Counted from the stretch's first letter, positions 9,910 to 18,405 are shown. The stretch: 64,000 nucleotides of DNA from Vulcanimicrobiota bacterium (GCA_963695225.1 OY968762.1:2048001-2112000), one strand, 5' to 3'. The notes: a model not told the origin generated them from the letters alone. Numbers and translations: made by a program.

Positions 9910-10060
9910 GTCGCTCGGGGGCGGGGACGGGGTTGCGTGGGGCGTGCAGCTTTTCCGCGGAGCCATGGATGGCGGGAGCGGAAAAGTGCACGAGTAGCGA
10001 TTTCGCAGGAAGCGAAATCGCGGGCGTCCCCACGCAACCCCGTCCCCGCCCCCGAGCGAC
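9910..10060 (+). repeat. Dispersed 151-nt structured element, copy 1
   Basis: Perfect 33-bp inverted arms (9910-9942 / 10028-10060) enclose an 85-nt two-hairpin core shared with 49321-49405 and 62430-62514. Confidence 0.92.
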
Positions 10061-10114
10061 AGCTCTCGACGTGCCCACGCTTTTGCCGCTCCGGGGTGGC
10101 GTGGGGTGGGCTTT

Positions 10115-11242
10115 GTGAGGGCCTTTTTTTCTACCGGGGAGGCTTCGGGGGATATGTCGGCGGCGGCTTTGGGGGAGGCGCTGCGGGCTCTTGTGCCGGG
10201 GACGACGTTGGAGGGAATTGGGGCGGGGCGGATGCGGGCCGCGGGGTTCTCGATTTTTCAGGAGACGCGCGGATGGGCGAGCATGGGGCCGCTCGAGGCG
10301 GTGGGGAAGATTCCGCGGTTGCTCGTCGTGCTGTTTCGGACGGCCCGGCGGCTGTGCTCGCGGCCGGTCGACGTGGTGGTGCTCGTCGATTTCGGGGCGT
10401 TCAATTTGCGGCTCGCGAAGCTGTTGCGGAAATGGCGGTATGCGGGGGCGATCGTGTACTTTTTCCCGCCGGGGGCTTGGCTCGATAATCCGGGGCAGGC
10501 GGCGGCGGTCGCGGCGAACGCGCGGGCGCTGACGCCGTTCGCGCATCAGCGCGATTTCTATCGGTCGTTGGGGTTGCCGGTCGCGTACTTCGGGCATCCG
10601 CTCGTCTCGCTCGTCGAGCCGCGCGCGGCGCTCGCGGCGGCGCCGGCCGGGGGCGGAGTCGTCGCATTGCTGCCGGGGAGCCGGCGCAGCGAGGTCGTGC
10701 GGCATCTCCCCGTGCTGCTCGAAGCCTGCCGCTTGCTGCGGGCGGCGCGTCCCCAGGCGACGTTCGTGCTCGGGGCCGCCGACGACGATGCGGAGCGTCT
10801 CGCGCGGGCGGACCTGCGGGCGTTCTCGGACCTGCCGGTCGAGATCGTGCGCGGCGCGCGTGAGGCGCTCGACCGGGCGAACGCGGCGTTCATCGCCTCC
10901 GGCACGGCGGTGCTCGAAGCGGCGCTGCGCGAGGTGCCGTGCGTTTCTCTCTACGTGACCTCGGACGCGCAGGCGAAGATCGGGCGGCGCATCTACCACC
11001 GGCCCTTCATCACCCTGCCGAATCTGTTGCTCGACCGGATGCTCGTCCCGGAATTGTTGCAGGAAGAGGCGACGCCGCCGCGCTTGGCCGCCGCGCTCTC
11101 CGGTTTGCTCGACGCTCCCGAACCGCAGCTCGCAGGGATGCGGGAAGTGCGAGCCTTGCTGGGACCCCCCGATACGCTCGCGCGCTGCGCGGAATTCGTC
11201 GCCGAAGCCGCGCGAGCGCCCCGGTACCGGGCGAGCGCATGA
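10115..11242 (+). CDS. lpxB: Lipid-A-disaccharide synthase
   Basis: STGEASGD, VDFGAFNLRLAK, GHPLV, LLPGSRRSEV, SGTAVLE, LPN...PELLQ. Start is GTG 10115 or 10106. Confidence 0.9.
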   Translation: MRAFFSTGEASGDMSAAALGEALRALVPGTTLEGIGAGRMRAAGFSIFQETRGWASMGPLEAVGKIPRLLVVLFRTARRLCSRPVDVVVLVDFGAFNLRLAKLLRKWRYAGAIVYFFPPGAWLDNPGQAAAVAANARALTPFAHQRDFYRSLGLPVAYFGHPLVSLVEPRAALAAAPAGGGVVALLPGSRRSEVVRHLPVLLEACRLLRAARPQATFVLGAADDDAERLARADLRAFSDLPVEIVRGAREALDRANAAFIASGTAVLEAALREVPCVSLYVTSDAQAKIGRRIYHRPFITLPNLLLDRMLVPELLQEEATPPRLAAALSGLLDAPEPQLAGMREVRALLGPPDTLARCAEFVAEAARAPRYRASA

Positions 11243-11976
11243 GCGTGCGCATCTATCACACCTCCGATCTGCACGCTCGCGGCGGCATCGCGGCGCGCTT
11301 GCGCGCGCTGCGCGCCGAGGAGCCGGGCTGGCTCTTCGATTCCGGCGACGCGCTGCGGGGAAGCCAGAGCATCTATCGCAAGCGCGAACCGATCCTCGCC
11401 GAGATGGAAGCCGCGGGATACGACGCGCAAGGGATGGGGAATCGGGAGTTCCACTACCTGTACGGTGCGCTGTGCGCGCGGGCGGCACAGATCCGCCGCC
11501 CTCTCGTCTGCTCGAATCTCGGCGACGTGCGGGGCCGCGCGCTCCCGTTCGTCTCCGAACTCGCGCTCGAGTGCGACGACGCGGGGACGACGCGCCGCCT
11601 GCGTCTGTTCTCGCTGCTCGTCGTGCAGTATCCGGCCGGTTCGCCTTGGGAGCGCGCCTTCGGCTGGCGCTTTCGCGACCCGATCGACGTCGCGCGCGAG
11701 TTCGCCGCGACGACGCCCCCCGGGACGCTGCTCGCCGTCCTTTCGCACTTGGGGCTGCGCGTCGACCGCAAGCTCGCGGCGGCCGTTCCACGTCTCGATC
11801 TCATCCTTGGCGGGCACAGCCACGATACGCTCTTCGCCCCCGAATACGTAGGCGACGTCCCGATCGTCCATGCGGGACCGTACGGCGCGCACGTCTCGCG
11901 CACCGAACTCGATCTCTCCGGGGAGCGCGCGCGGATCTCGCGCTTCGACCTCCTCCCGCTGCGCTCGGCGGCATGA
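11239..11976 (+). CDS. Calcineurin-like metallophosphoesterase (5'-nucleotidase N-domain-like, single domain)
   Basis: HTSDLH, DSGD, GNRE, LSHLG, GGHSH motifs; ATGA overlap with lpxB. Confidence 0.85.
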   Translation: MSVRIYHTSDLHARGGIAARLRALRAEEPGWLFDSGDALRGSQSIYRKREPILAEMEAAGYDAQGMGNREFHYLYGALCARAAQIRRPLVCSNLGDVRGRALPFVSELALECDDAGTTRRLRLFSLLVVQYPAGSPWERAFGWRFRDPIDVAREFAATTPPGTLLAVLSHLGLRVDRKLAAAVPRLDLILGGHSHDTLFAPEYVGDVPIVHAGPYGAHVSRTELDLSGERARISRFDLLPLRSAA

Positions 11977-11977
11977 C

Positions 11978-13096
11978 GTGGCGCGCGTTCTCTTCGTCAG
12001 CAACGGCCACGGCGAGGTCTCGATCGCCGAACGCATCGCGCGCGACGCTCGCGCGCTGATGCCTTCTGCGCAACTCGACCATCTCGCGCTCGTCGGGGAG
12101 GCTCCCGCCGGAATGCTGCGTCCCGTCGGGCCGCAACGCGCGATGCCCAGCGGCGGGCTGGTCGCGATGGGGAACGTGCGCGCGCTCTCGCGCGACCTTC
12201 GCGCGGGCTTCGGGCGCCTGCTGCTGGCTCAAATCGCGTTCCTGCGGCGCGAAGGGCCGGGCTACGATACGCTCGTCGCCGTCGGCGACGTCTACGCGCT
12301 CGGGCTCTCGCTCCTCGCCGGCGTGCGGACGGCGTTCGTCGGGACCGCGAAGAGCATCTACGTCGCGCAGTACGGGCCGTTCGAGCGGCGCGTCCTCTCG
12401 CGCGCGACGCGCGTCTTCGTGCGCGACGCCGCCACGGCGGAATGGCTGCGCGGCCGGGGCGTCCATGCCGAGTCGCCGGGGAACGTCATCGCCGATTTGA
12501 TCGGCGGAGCGGAGCCGGCTGCACCGGGCGCGTGGCTCGGCGTCCTGCCGGGGAGCCGCGACGAGGCGTACGCCGACGGCGTGAAGTTGGCTCGGGTCGT
12601 GCGCGCGCTCGGGCAGCGCGCCCCGGTCGACGCGCTGTTCTCGGTTGCGCCCCGTCTGGATGCGGAGCGATTCGCGGCCGCGCTCGAAGGCGACGGCTGG
12701 AGCGTCGCGCGCGACGGCACGTACGCCTTCGAAGCACGGGCGGGGGGCGCGCGGCTGGCGGCGTGGAGGGGGGAAATCGGCCCGCTGCTGCGCGCGTCTC
12801 ATTTGGTCCTCGGGCAGGCCGGGACGGCGAACGAGGCGGCGGCGGCGTGCGGCCTGCCGATCGTCGTGCTCGCCGGCGACGGCCCCGAACCGTGGTACCG
12901 CATGCGGCAGCGGCGCCTGCTGGGCGACGCGGTCGCTATCGTTCCGGAGGATCCGGCTGCGGCGGCCGCGGCCGTCGGGGCGTTGCTCGGCGACGAGGCG
13001 CGGCGCGCCCGGATGGGAGCGGCCGGCCGCGCCCGGATGGGCGGCCCCGGCGGCGCCGCCGCGATCGCCGCGGCCGTTCGGGGGCTGGCCGGATGA
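11978..13096 (+). CDS. Lipid-A-disaccharide synthase-related GT-B protein (TIGR03492-like)
   Basis: LFVSNGHGE, MPSGG, VGTAKS, LPGSR, AGTANE motifs typical of this family. Confidence 0.75.
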   Translation: MARVLFVSNGHGEVSIAERIARDARALMPSAQLDHLALVGEAPAGMLRPVGPQRAMPSGGLVAMGNVRALSRDLRAGFGRLLLAQIAFLRREGPGYDTLVAVGDVYALGLSLLAGVRTAFVGTAKSIYVAQYGPFERRVLSRATRVFVRDAATAEWLRGRGVHAESPGNVIADLIGGAEPAAPGAWLGVLPGSRDEAYADGVKLARVVRALGQRAPVDALFSVAPRLDAERFAAALEGDGWSVARDGTYAFEARAGGARLAAWRGEIGPLLRASHLVLGQAGTANEAAAACGLPIVVLAGDGPEPWYRMRQRRLLGDAVAIVPEDPAAAAAAVGALLGDEARRARMGAAGRARMGGPGGAAAIAAAVRGLAG

Positions 13097-14307
13097 CGGC
13101 GCGCGCGGTCGCGAGCCCGTTCACGCGGGCTCTCCTCGCATTCGGGTTCGCGGCGCTTCCGCTCTACCCGTCGTTCATCTCGATGTCGAGCGTCTCGCCG
13201 CCGGGCGTCTCGCTCGTCCCGTTCCAGGTCGCCGCCGCTCTGCTCGCCGTCTGCGTCGCGGGCGCGCTGCTGCTGGCACTCGCGACGGCGCGCGCCGGCG
13301 GGCCGCTGCCGGAAACGTTCTGGCCGATCGTCGCGTATATCGGCGGATGGTTCGTCGCGGCGCTCCTCGGTTTCGACCCGCGCACCGGGATGCTCTTCGT
13401 TCTGGACGGCGCGCTCGTGCTCGCCTTTCACTGCGGGATCGCGCGCTTCTACGAGGACCGGGATGCCGTGACGGCGATGTACGCGGCCTTGCTCGGTAGC
13501 GGTGCCCTCGTTTCGATCCTGGGGCTCGCGCTCGTCGTCCTGCGACGGCCGGCGCTCCTCTACGCGATCACGCACGGCCGCGCGACGGCGACGTTCGTCG
13601 TTCCGGGGGAATTCGCGGGGTATCTCTTGATGCTCGTCCCGACGGCCGTGGGCGTCGCCCTCGTCAGCAAGCGCGCGTGGCTGCGTGCGCTCGGTTGGTC
13701 GACTGCGGGCATCGGGCTCGTCGCGCTCGTGGCGACGTTTTCGCGGGCGGGTCTCGTGGGGCTCGCCGTCGGCGGGCTATTCGCCGCAGCGGCCGGACGC
13801 AGGACGCGCCGCGCGGCGCTCGTTGGGACGCTGGCGTTCTCGGCGGTGGCGCTCGCGGCGTTCGCGACGAACGCGCACCACAATCCCGCCGACGATTTCG
13901 CGCGCCTCTCGATCTGGCGCACCGGAGTGCGCGCCTTCGAACTCTTTGGGCTCACCGGCGTCGGGCCCGGCGCGTTCCGTCACGTCTATCCGCTCCTGCG
14001 CCCCGCGAACGGCGAGCCGAACGCCTTCCACGCGCACAGCTACTTGCTGACGGCCGCGGCGGAGACGGGGCTCGTCGGGTTGACGACGCTCGCGTACCTG
14101 TGGTGGAGCTTCGGGCGGGCGTTCGCACGCGCGCTCGCGGGCGCACCCCCGGCGGCGCGGATCCTCGGCATCGCCTTCGCGAGCGCTTTCGTCGCGACGT
14201 GGGTGCAGGGGACGATCGATTTCATCCAGGTCGTCATCCTCGGGTGCTGGATTCCCTTCATGGCGCTCGCGCTCGGCGCCGCGCGCCGGGGGCTGGCCGA
14301 AGCGTGA
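13093..14307 (+). CDS. O-antigen ligase (Wzy_C)-family membrane protein
   Basis: Multi-pass hydrophobic protein with TFSRAG, RLSIW...GVGPGAF and HAHS.LL..AETG.VG motifs. Confidence 0.8.
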   Translation: MTARAVASPFTRALLAFGFAALPLYPSFISMSSVSPPGVSLVPFQVAAALLAVCVAGALLLALATARAGGPLPETFWPIVAYIGGWFVAALLGFDPRTGMLFVLDGALVLAFHCGIARFYEDRDAVTAMYAALLGSGALVSILGLALVVLRRPALLYAITHGRATATFVVPGEFAGYLLMLVPTAVGVALVSKRAWLRALGWSTAGIGLVALVATFSRAGLVGLAVGGLFAAAAGRRTRRAALVGTLAFSAVALAAFATNAHHNPADDFARLSIWRTGVRAFELFGLTGVGPGAFRHVYPLLRPANGEPNAFHAHSYLLTAAAETGLVGLTTLAYLWWSFGRAFARALAGAPPAARILGIAFASAFVATWVQGTIDFIQVVILGCWIPFMALALGAARRGLAEA

Positions 14308-14858
14308 AACGCATCGCGTGTTTGGGAGCGGCGCTGTTCCTGGCGGCTTGCGCCGGCCGCGGGCCGGGTCCCCAACCGACCCCCGAGCCGGCCGCGACGG
14401 CGACGGCGCAGGCGACGAGCCTTCCGGTCCACGCGCACTCGGAGCGCGACGCGTCGCAGTACTATTACTTCACGGTGAAAAAAGAGAACCGAACCTTGTA
14501 CCAAATTCGCGCCGACGCCAACGACTCCGAACGCTCGTCCGCCGGTGAGGCCCGCAGCTCGTTCGCGCAGCCGCACATCACGTTCTTCGAGAAGGCCGGC
14601 TCGAAGCTCGTCGCCGACGCGCCGCGGGCCGTCGCCGAGGAGCGTACGCAAACCGTTCGGCTCGACGGCGGCGTGCGAGCCCGCGCCACCGACGGGACGA
14701 CGCTGACGAGCGACACCCTCGTGTACGATAAGCGCACCGAACGCGTCCGGGCGGACGGGAACGTCCTGATCGCGCGGCCGAGCGGGGAGGAGATCCGCGG
14801 GCCGCACGTCGACGCCGATCTGACGCTCTCGCAGTTGCACATGGGCTCGCCGCAATGA
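14304..14858 (+). CDS. lptC: LptC/OstA-like beta-jellyroll lipoprotein
   Basis: Lipobox LAAC; LDGGVRA, TLTSDTLVYD, ADGNVLI jellyroll strands; directly upstream of lptB. Confidence 0.7.
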   Translation: MKRIACLGAALFLAACAGRGPGPQPTPEPAATATAQATSLPVHAHSERDASQYYYFTVKKENRTLYQIRADANDSERSSAGEARSSFAQPHITFFEKAGSKLVADAPRAVAEERTQTVRLDGGVRARATDGTTLTSDTLVYDKRTERVRADGNVLIARPSGEEIRGPHVDADLTLSQLHMGSPQ

Positions 14859-15610
14859 GCGAGCCGCACGAACACCGCAACGAGATCGTTCTCGAGGGGC
14901 TCTGCAAGCGGTACGGGGAGCGCGCGGTCGTCGACCGCGTCAGCGCGAACGTCGAGAAGGGCGAGGTCGTCGGCTTGCTCGGCCCCAACGGAGCCGGGAA
15001 GACGACGACGTTCTACATGGTCGTCGGCCTCGTCAAACCCGACGCGGGGCGCGTGCGCCTCGTGCGCGAGGGGCGCGAGGTCAACCTCACGCACGCCCCG
15101 ATGCACGTGCGGGCGCGCGCGGGGATCGGCTATCTCGCGCAGGAGAACTCGATTTTCCGCAAGCTGTCCGTCGGGGACAACATCCGTCTGATCTGGGAGA
15201 TGAACGGCGTTTCGCGCGCCGAGCAGGACCGCCGCCTCCCGGGCCTGCTCGAAGAGTTCGGACTCTCGCGCTTCGTCGATCACCACGGCGACAGCCTCTC
15301 CGGCGGCGAGCGCCGGCGCGTCGAAATCGCGCGCGCGATCGCTACGGAACCGGCGTTTCTGCTGCTCGACGAACCCTTCACGGGGATCGATCCGATCGCC
15401 GTCGCCGATATCCAGATCATGATCCGCCAACTGCGCGAGCGCGGCCTCGGCGTGCTGATCACCGATCACCAGGTCCGCGAGACGCTCGCGATCGTCGACC
15501 GCGCCTACATCCTCAACGAGGGCGAGATCGTCGTCGCCGGGACGGCCGACGAGGTCATGAATTCGCCGAAAGCGCGGCAATTCTACCTCGGCGAAGGGTT
15601 CCGGATGTGA
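14855..15610 (+). CDS. lptB: LPS export ABC transporter ATPase
   Basis: GPNGAGKTTTFYM, LSGGERRRVEIAR, LLDEPFTGIDPIAV, ITDH, FYLGEGF. Confidence 0.95.
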   Translation: MSEPHEHRNEIVLEGLCKRYGERAVVDRVSANVEKGEVVGLLGPNGAGKTTTFYMVVGLVKPDAGRVRLVREGREVNLTHAPMHVRARAGIGYLAQENSIFRKLSVGDNIRLIWEMNGVSRAEQDRRLPGLLEEFGLSRFVDHHGDSLSGGERRRVEIARAIATEPAFLLLDEPFTGIDPIAVADIQIMIRQLRERGLGVLITDHQVRETLAIVDRAYILNEGEIVVAGTADEVMNSPKARQFYLGEGFRM

Positions 15611-15634
15611 CGAAGCCCGACGAGGGGGCTCGCG

Positions 15635-16741
15635 ATTAGGATCAAGATCCTCGACCGGTACATGGTCAGCGAACTCGCCGGACCGTTCGCCTTCGGGCTC
15701 TCCGCGTTCGCATTGATCTTCGCCGCGACGCAGTTGCTGGCGATCAGCCGGCTCGTGGCGGCGGAGCACGCCCCCGTCTCGGCGGCGATCGAGTATTTCC
15801 TGTGGCAGCTTCCGCAGATCATCGTCACGGTCGTGCCGATGGCGATGCTGCTGGGCACGCTCCTCGCGTTGCAGCGCCTTTCCGGCGAGAGCGAGATCAC
15901 CGCGATGAAGGCGGGCGGGATCGGCTTGATTCGCGCGGTCGCGCCGCTCTTCGTGACATCGGTCATCGTTTCGGTGGCGGCCCTCGCCGCGCAAGAGCAG
16001 ATCGTGCCCTACGCGAACGATAGGGCTACGTACGTTCGAGATCAGGTGATCAGGCACACGAGCCCGATCAGAGAGGGAAACCTCACCGTGACGACGAGCG
16101 GGCCAAATGGGGGGCGGCAAGTCATTACGGCGGGAGGCTTCGAGGCTTCGACCGAGACGATGCTCGACGCGACGGTGATCCAATTCGACAAGGAGAACCG
16201 GCCGGAGCTTTTCGTTTTCGCCGAGCGCGCCAACTACGATCCGCCCTCCTGGACGTTCGAGAACGTGCGCGAGTACACGTTCCATGGAACGGACGTCGAG
16301 TATCAAACGGCGCCCCGGCAGCGTTTGGAGATCGGCGTGAAGCCGAGCCAATTGATCCAACGCGCGGCGAACAACAGTCCGGAGAACATGAGCCGAAAGC
16401 AAGTTCGCGAAGTGCTCGCCTCGGGATCGCTCGACGTCTCCCAGACGCGCGCGTACGAATACGCATATGCGGAGAAGCTGGCGCGGCCGTTCGCCTCGGT
16501 CGTCTTCACGCTCATCGCGCTCCCGTTCGGCATGAGACCGACGCGCGGCGGTGGAGCGGGGCTAGGCTTCGGCCTCGCCGTCGCGATCTTGTTCGTCTAC
16601 TTCATCGTCGCGAGCGTGTTTTCGTACGTCTTCACAAGCTTGCCCGGCGGTCCGGTCGTGGCGACGATCGGCGCGTGGACGCCGAACGTGCTCTTCGCGC
16701 TCTTCGGCGCGGCGCTCGTCCGCCGCACGGCGCTCGCCTGA
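15635..16741 (+). CDS. LptF/LptG family permease
   Basis: (I)KILDRY N-terminus, SEITAMKAGGI motif, 3+3 TM layout, AWTPN near the end. First ATG is at 15662; homology extends upstream to ATT 15635. Confidence 0.88.
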   Translation: MRIKILDRYMVSELAGPFAFGLSAFALIFAATQLLAISRLVAAEHAPVSAAIEYFLWQLPQIIVTVVPMAMLLGTLLALQRLSGESEITAMKAGGIGLIRAVAPLFVTSVIVSVAALAAQEQIVPYANDRATYVRDQVIRHTSPIREGNLTVTTSGPNGGRQVITAGGFEASTETMLDATVIQFDKENRPELFVFAERANYDPPSWTFENVREYTFHGTDVEYQTAPRQRLEIGVKPSQLIQRAANNSPENMSRKQVREVLASGSLDVSQTRAYEYAYAEKLARPFASVVFTLIALPFGMRPTRGGGAGLGFGLAVAILFVYFIVASVFSYVFTSLPGGPVVATIGAWTPNVLFALFGAALVRRTALA

Positions 16742-17685
16742 TGGGAACGTTCGGCGGGCTCGGACTCGTGCTCGCGATCACGCTGGTCGCCGGCGGGATC
16801 GCCTACGTCGGGGATCGCGTCGGGCATCAGGTCGGGCGCAAGCGCCTGACGATGTTCGGTCTGCGGCCGAAGTACACGTCCACGATCGTCGCGGTCGGGA
16901 CCGGGATGCTGATCGCGTTCACGGTCACGGTCGCGGCGCTGTTGCTCTCGGGCTACGCCCGGGCGGCCTTCTTTCACTTGAGCGAATTGAACGATCGGGT
17001 CAACAAGCTGCAGGCGCAGGCCGACGCGCTCGACCGTCACGCGCGCAACACGAACGTCGTCGTCGATCGCGGCGCGCTCGTCTACGAGCCGTACCTGCTG
17101 ATCTCCCCGGCTCAGACCTCGGGTGAGCGGATGGCGCTGCTCTCGTCGTTCTTCGATTCCGTCGTGACGAACGTGAACCGCAACCTCGTGCCGCGCGGCC
17201 TCAAGCCGTTCAAGGGGCAGTCGAGCGATCCCGAAACGCAGGCGAAGCTGCGGGCGTTCCTCAACAGCCCGGACGTGCAGGGCGCGCTGCTGCAAGGGCC
17301 GATCCTCTTGATCGCGGTCGCCGATCAGAACCTGTTCGTCAACGATCCGATCCACTTCTCGTTCCCGTTCTGGCGCGACAAGCTGATCTTCCACGCGCGC
17401 GACAAGATCGCCGCGGCGGACATCGAGGGCGGCACCGAGATCAACACGCGCGTCGTCTTCACGCAAATGGTCGTCGCGGCCGAGGAGGCGGCGATCGCCG
17501 CGGGGATGCCGCCGTACTACGCGCAACCGTTCCCGAACCTCAGCGAAGCGAAGGCGCGGCAGATCGGCGAGGAGATTCGCGCGGGGACGGGGCGCTTCCA
17601 TATCGAGGCGACCGCCGCGCAAGACATCTATCCGCACACCGGCGGCATGTTGATCGACTTTTCGCTGAGCCGGAGCCCGCGCTGA
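16741..17685 (+). CDS. DUF3084 domain protein
   Basis: GGIAYVGDRVGHQVGRKRLTMFGLRPKYTS signature; typical neighbour of lptFG in diderm Terrabacteria. Confidence 0.85.
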   Translation: MGTFGGLGLVLAITLVAGGIAYVGDRVGHQVGRKRLTMFGLRPKYTSTIVAVGTGMLIAFTVTVAALLLSGYARAAFFHLSELNDRVNKLQAQADALDRHARNTNVVVDRGALVYEPYLLISPAQTSGERMALLSSFFDSVVTNVNRNLVPRGLKPFKGQSSDPETQAKLRAFLNSPDVQGALLQGPILLIAVADQNLFVNDPIHFSFPFWRDKLIFHARDKIAAADIEGGTEINTRVVFTQMVVAAEEAAIAAGMPPYYAQPFPNLSEAKARQIGEEIRAGTGRFHIEATAAQDIYPHTGGMLIDFSLSRSPR

Positions 17686-18086
17686 GACGCGGTGCGGTCC
17701 TCGGGATCGATCCGGGGACGCACAAGTGCGGCTACGCCGTCGTGGCCGCGGACGGCACGACGCGCGAACTCGGGATCGTGCCGACCGCGGAACTCCTCGA
17801 GCGCGTCCGCGACTTGCTGCCGGCGCACGGCGTCGGCGCGATCGCGCTCGGTTCGGGGACGCACGCGGCCGAAGTGCGAGCGCGCCTCGCGCCGACGGGC
17901 TTGCCGATCGCGCTCGTCGACGAGCGCGAGACGACGCTGCAAGCGCGGGCGCGGTACTTTGCGGCGTTCCCGCCGCGCGGCTGGCGCAGGTTCGTCCCGC
18001 AGGGGATGCTGTTGCCGCCCCGGCCGATCGACGATTTCGCCGCCGTCCTGATCGCCGAACGCTTCCTGGAGGGATCGCCGGGGTAA
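17682..18086 (+). CDS. YqgF/RuvX-like RNase H-fold nuclease
   Basis: In-frame VLGIDPGTHKCGYAVV lies upstream of the ORF-track start; VDERETT and PIDDFAAVLIAERF. Probable CTG start at 17682. Confidence 0.8.
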   Translation: MRRGAVLGIDPGTHKCGYAVVAADGTTRELGIVPTAELLERVRDLLPAHGVGAIALGSGTHAAEVRARLAPTGLPIALVDERETTLQARARYFAAFPPRGWRRFVPQGMLLPPRPIDDFAAVLIAERFLEGSPG

Positions 18087-18132
18087 AGGCGGGACGCCTT
18101 CTTCGGGAGACCGAGCGAAGCATCGCTCTTGC

Positions 18133-18366
18133 GTGCGAGGAGAAGAGGGCTGCGCGGGTCGCGACGGTCGCGAATGGGGCGGCGAAGCGAGCACCATCGC
18201 GCAAGAGAACTTGGGCCCGGGATGCACGCTCGAAAAGACGACGGAAAGCCGCGAAGTCTCTAGCGCCGGAAACCCGATTAGAATCGAGCACCGCACGGGC
18301 CATAGCATCTCGGGGTGCACGAATCCGAATCAGGATACCGACTGGCTCTGGGGCGACTGGGCCTAA
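18133..18366 (+). CDS. Possible small hypothetical protein ending ...NQDTDWLWGDWA
   Basis: Best candidate ORF in the 320-nt gap; residue composition unlike GC-artefact frames; start uncertain. Confidence 0.3.
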   Translation: MRGEEGCAGRDGREWGGEASTIAQENLGPGCTLEKTTESREVSSAGNPIRIEHRTGHSISGCTNPNQDTDWLWGDWA

Positions 18367-18405
18367 CCGCTCGACGACGACGGCGGCGAAGAGTCGCTGC
18401 GCGGA

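Noticed and set aside
9943..10027. Hammerhead or other known self-cleaving ribozyme, or tRNA, as the identity of the element core
   Set aside because: No CUGANGA hammerhead core, no TTCRA T-loop or CCA end, and no motif I can match on either strand.
9800..10118. Short ORFs sharing the peptide MAGAxKCTSSDFA at three loci
   Set aside because: These are translations of the repeated element; frames, starts and lengths are inconsistent between copies.
18300..18366. Darobactin-like RiPP gene cluster near bamA
   Set aside because: Only a WxW resemblance; no radical SAM maturase or dedicated exporter in the window.
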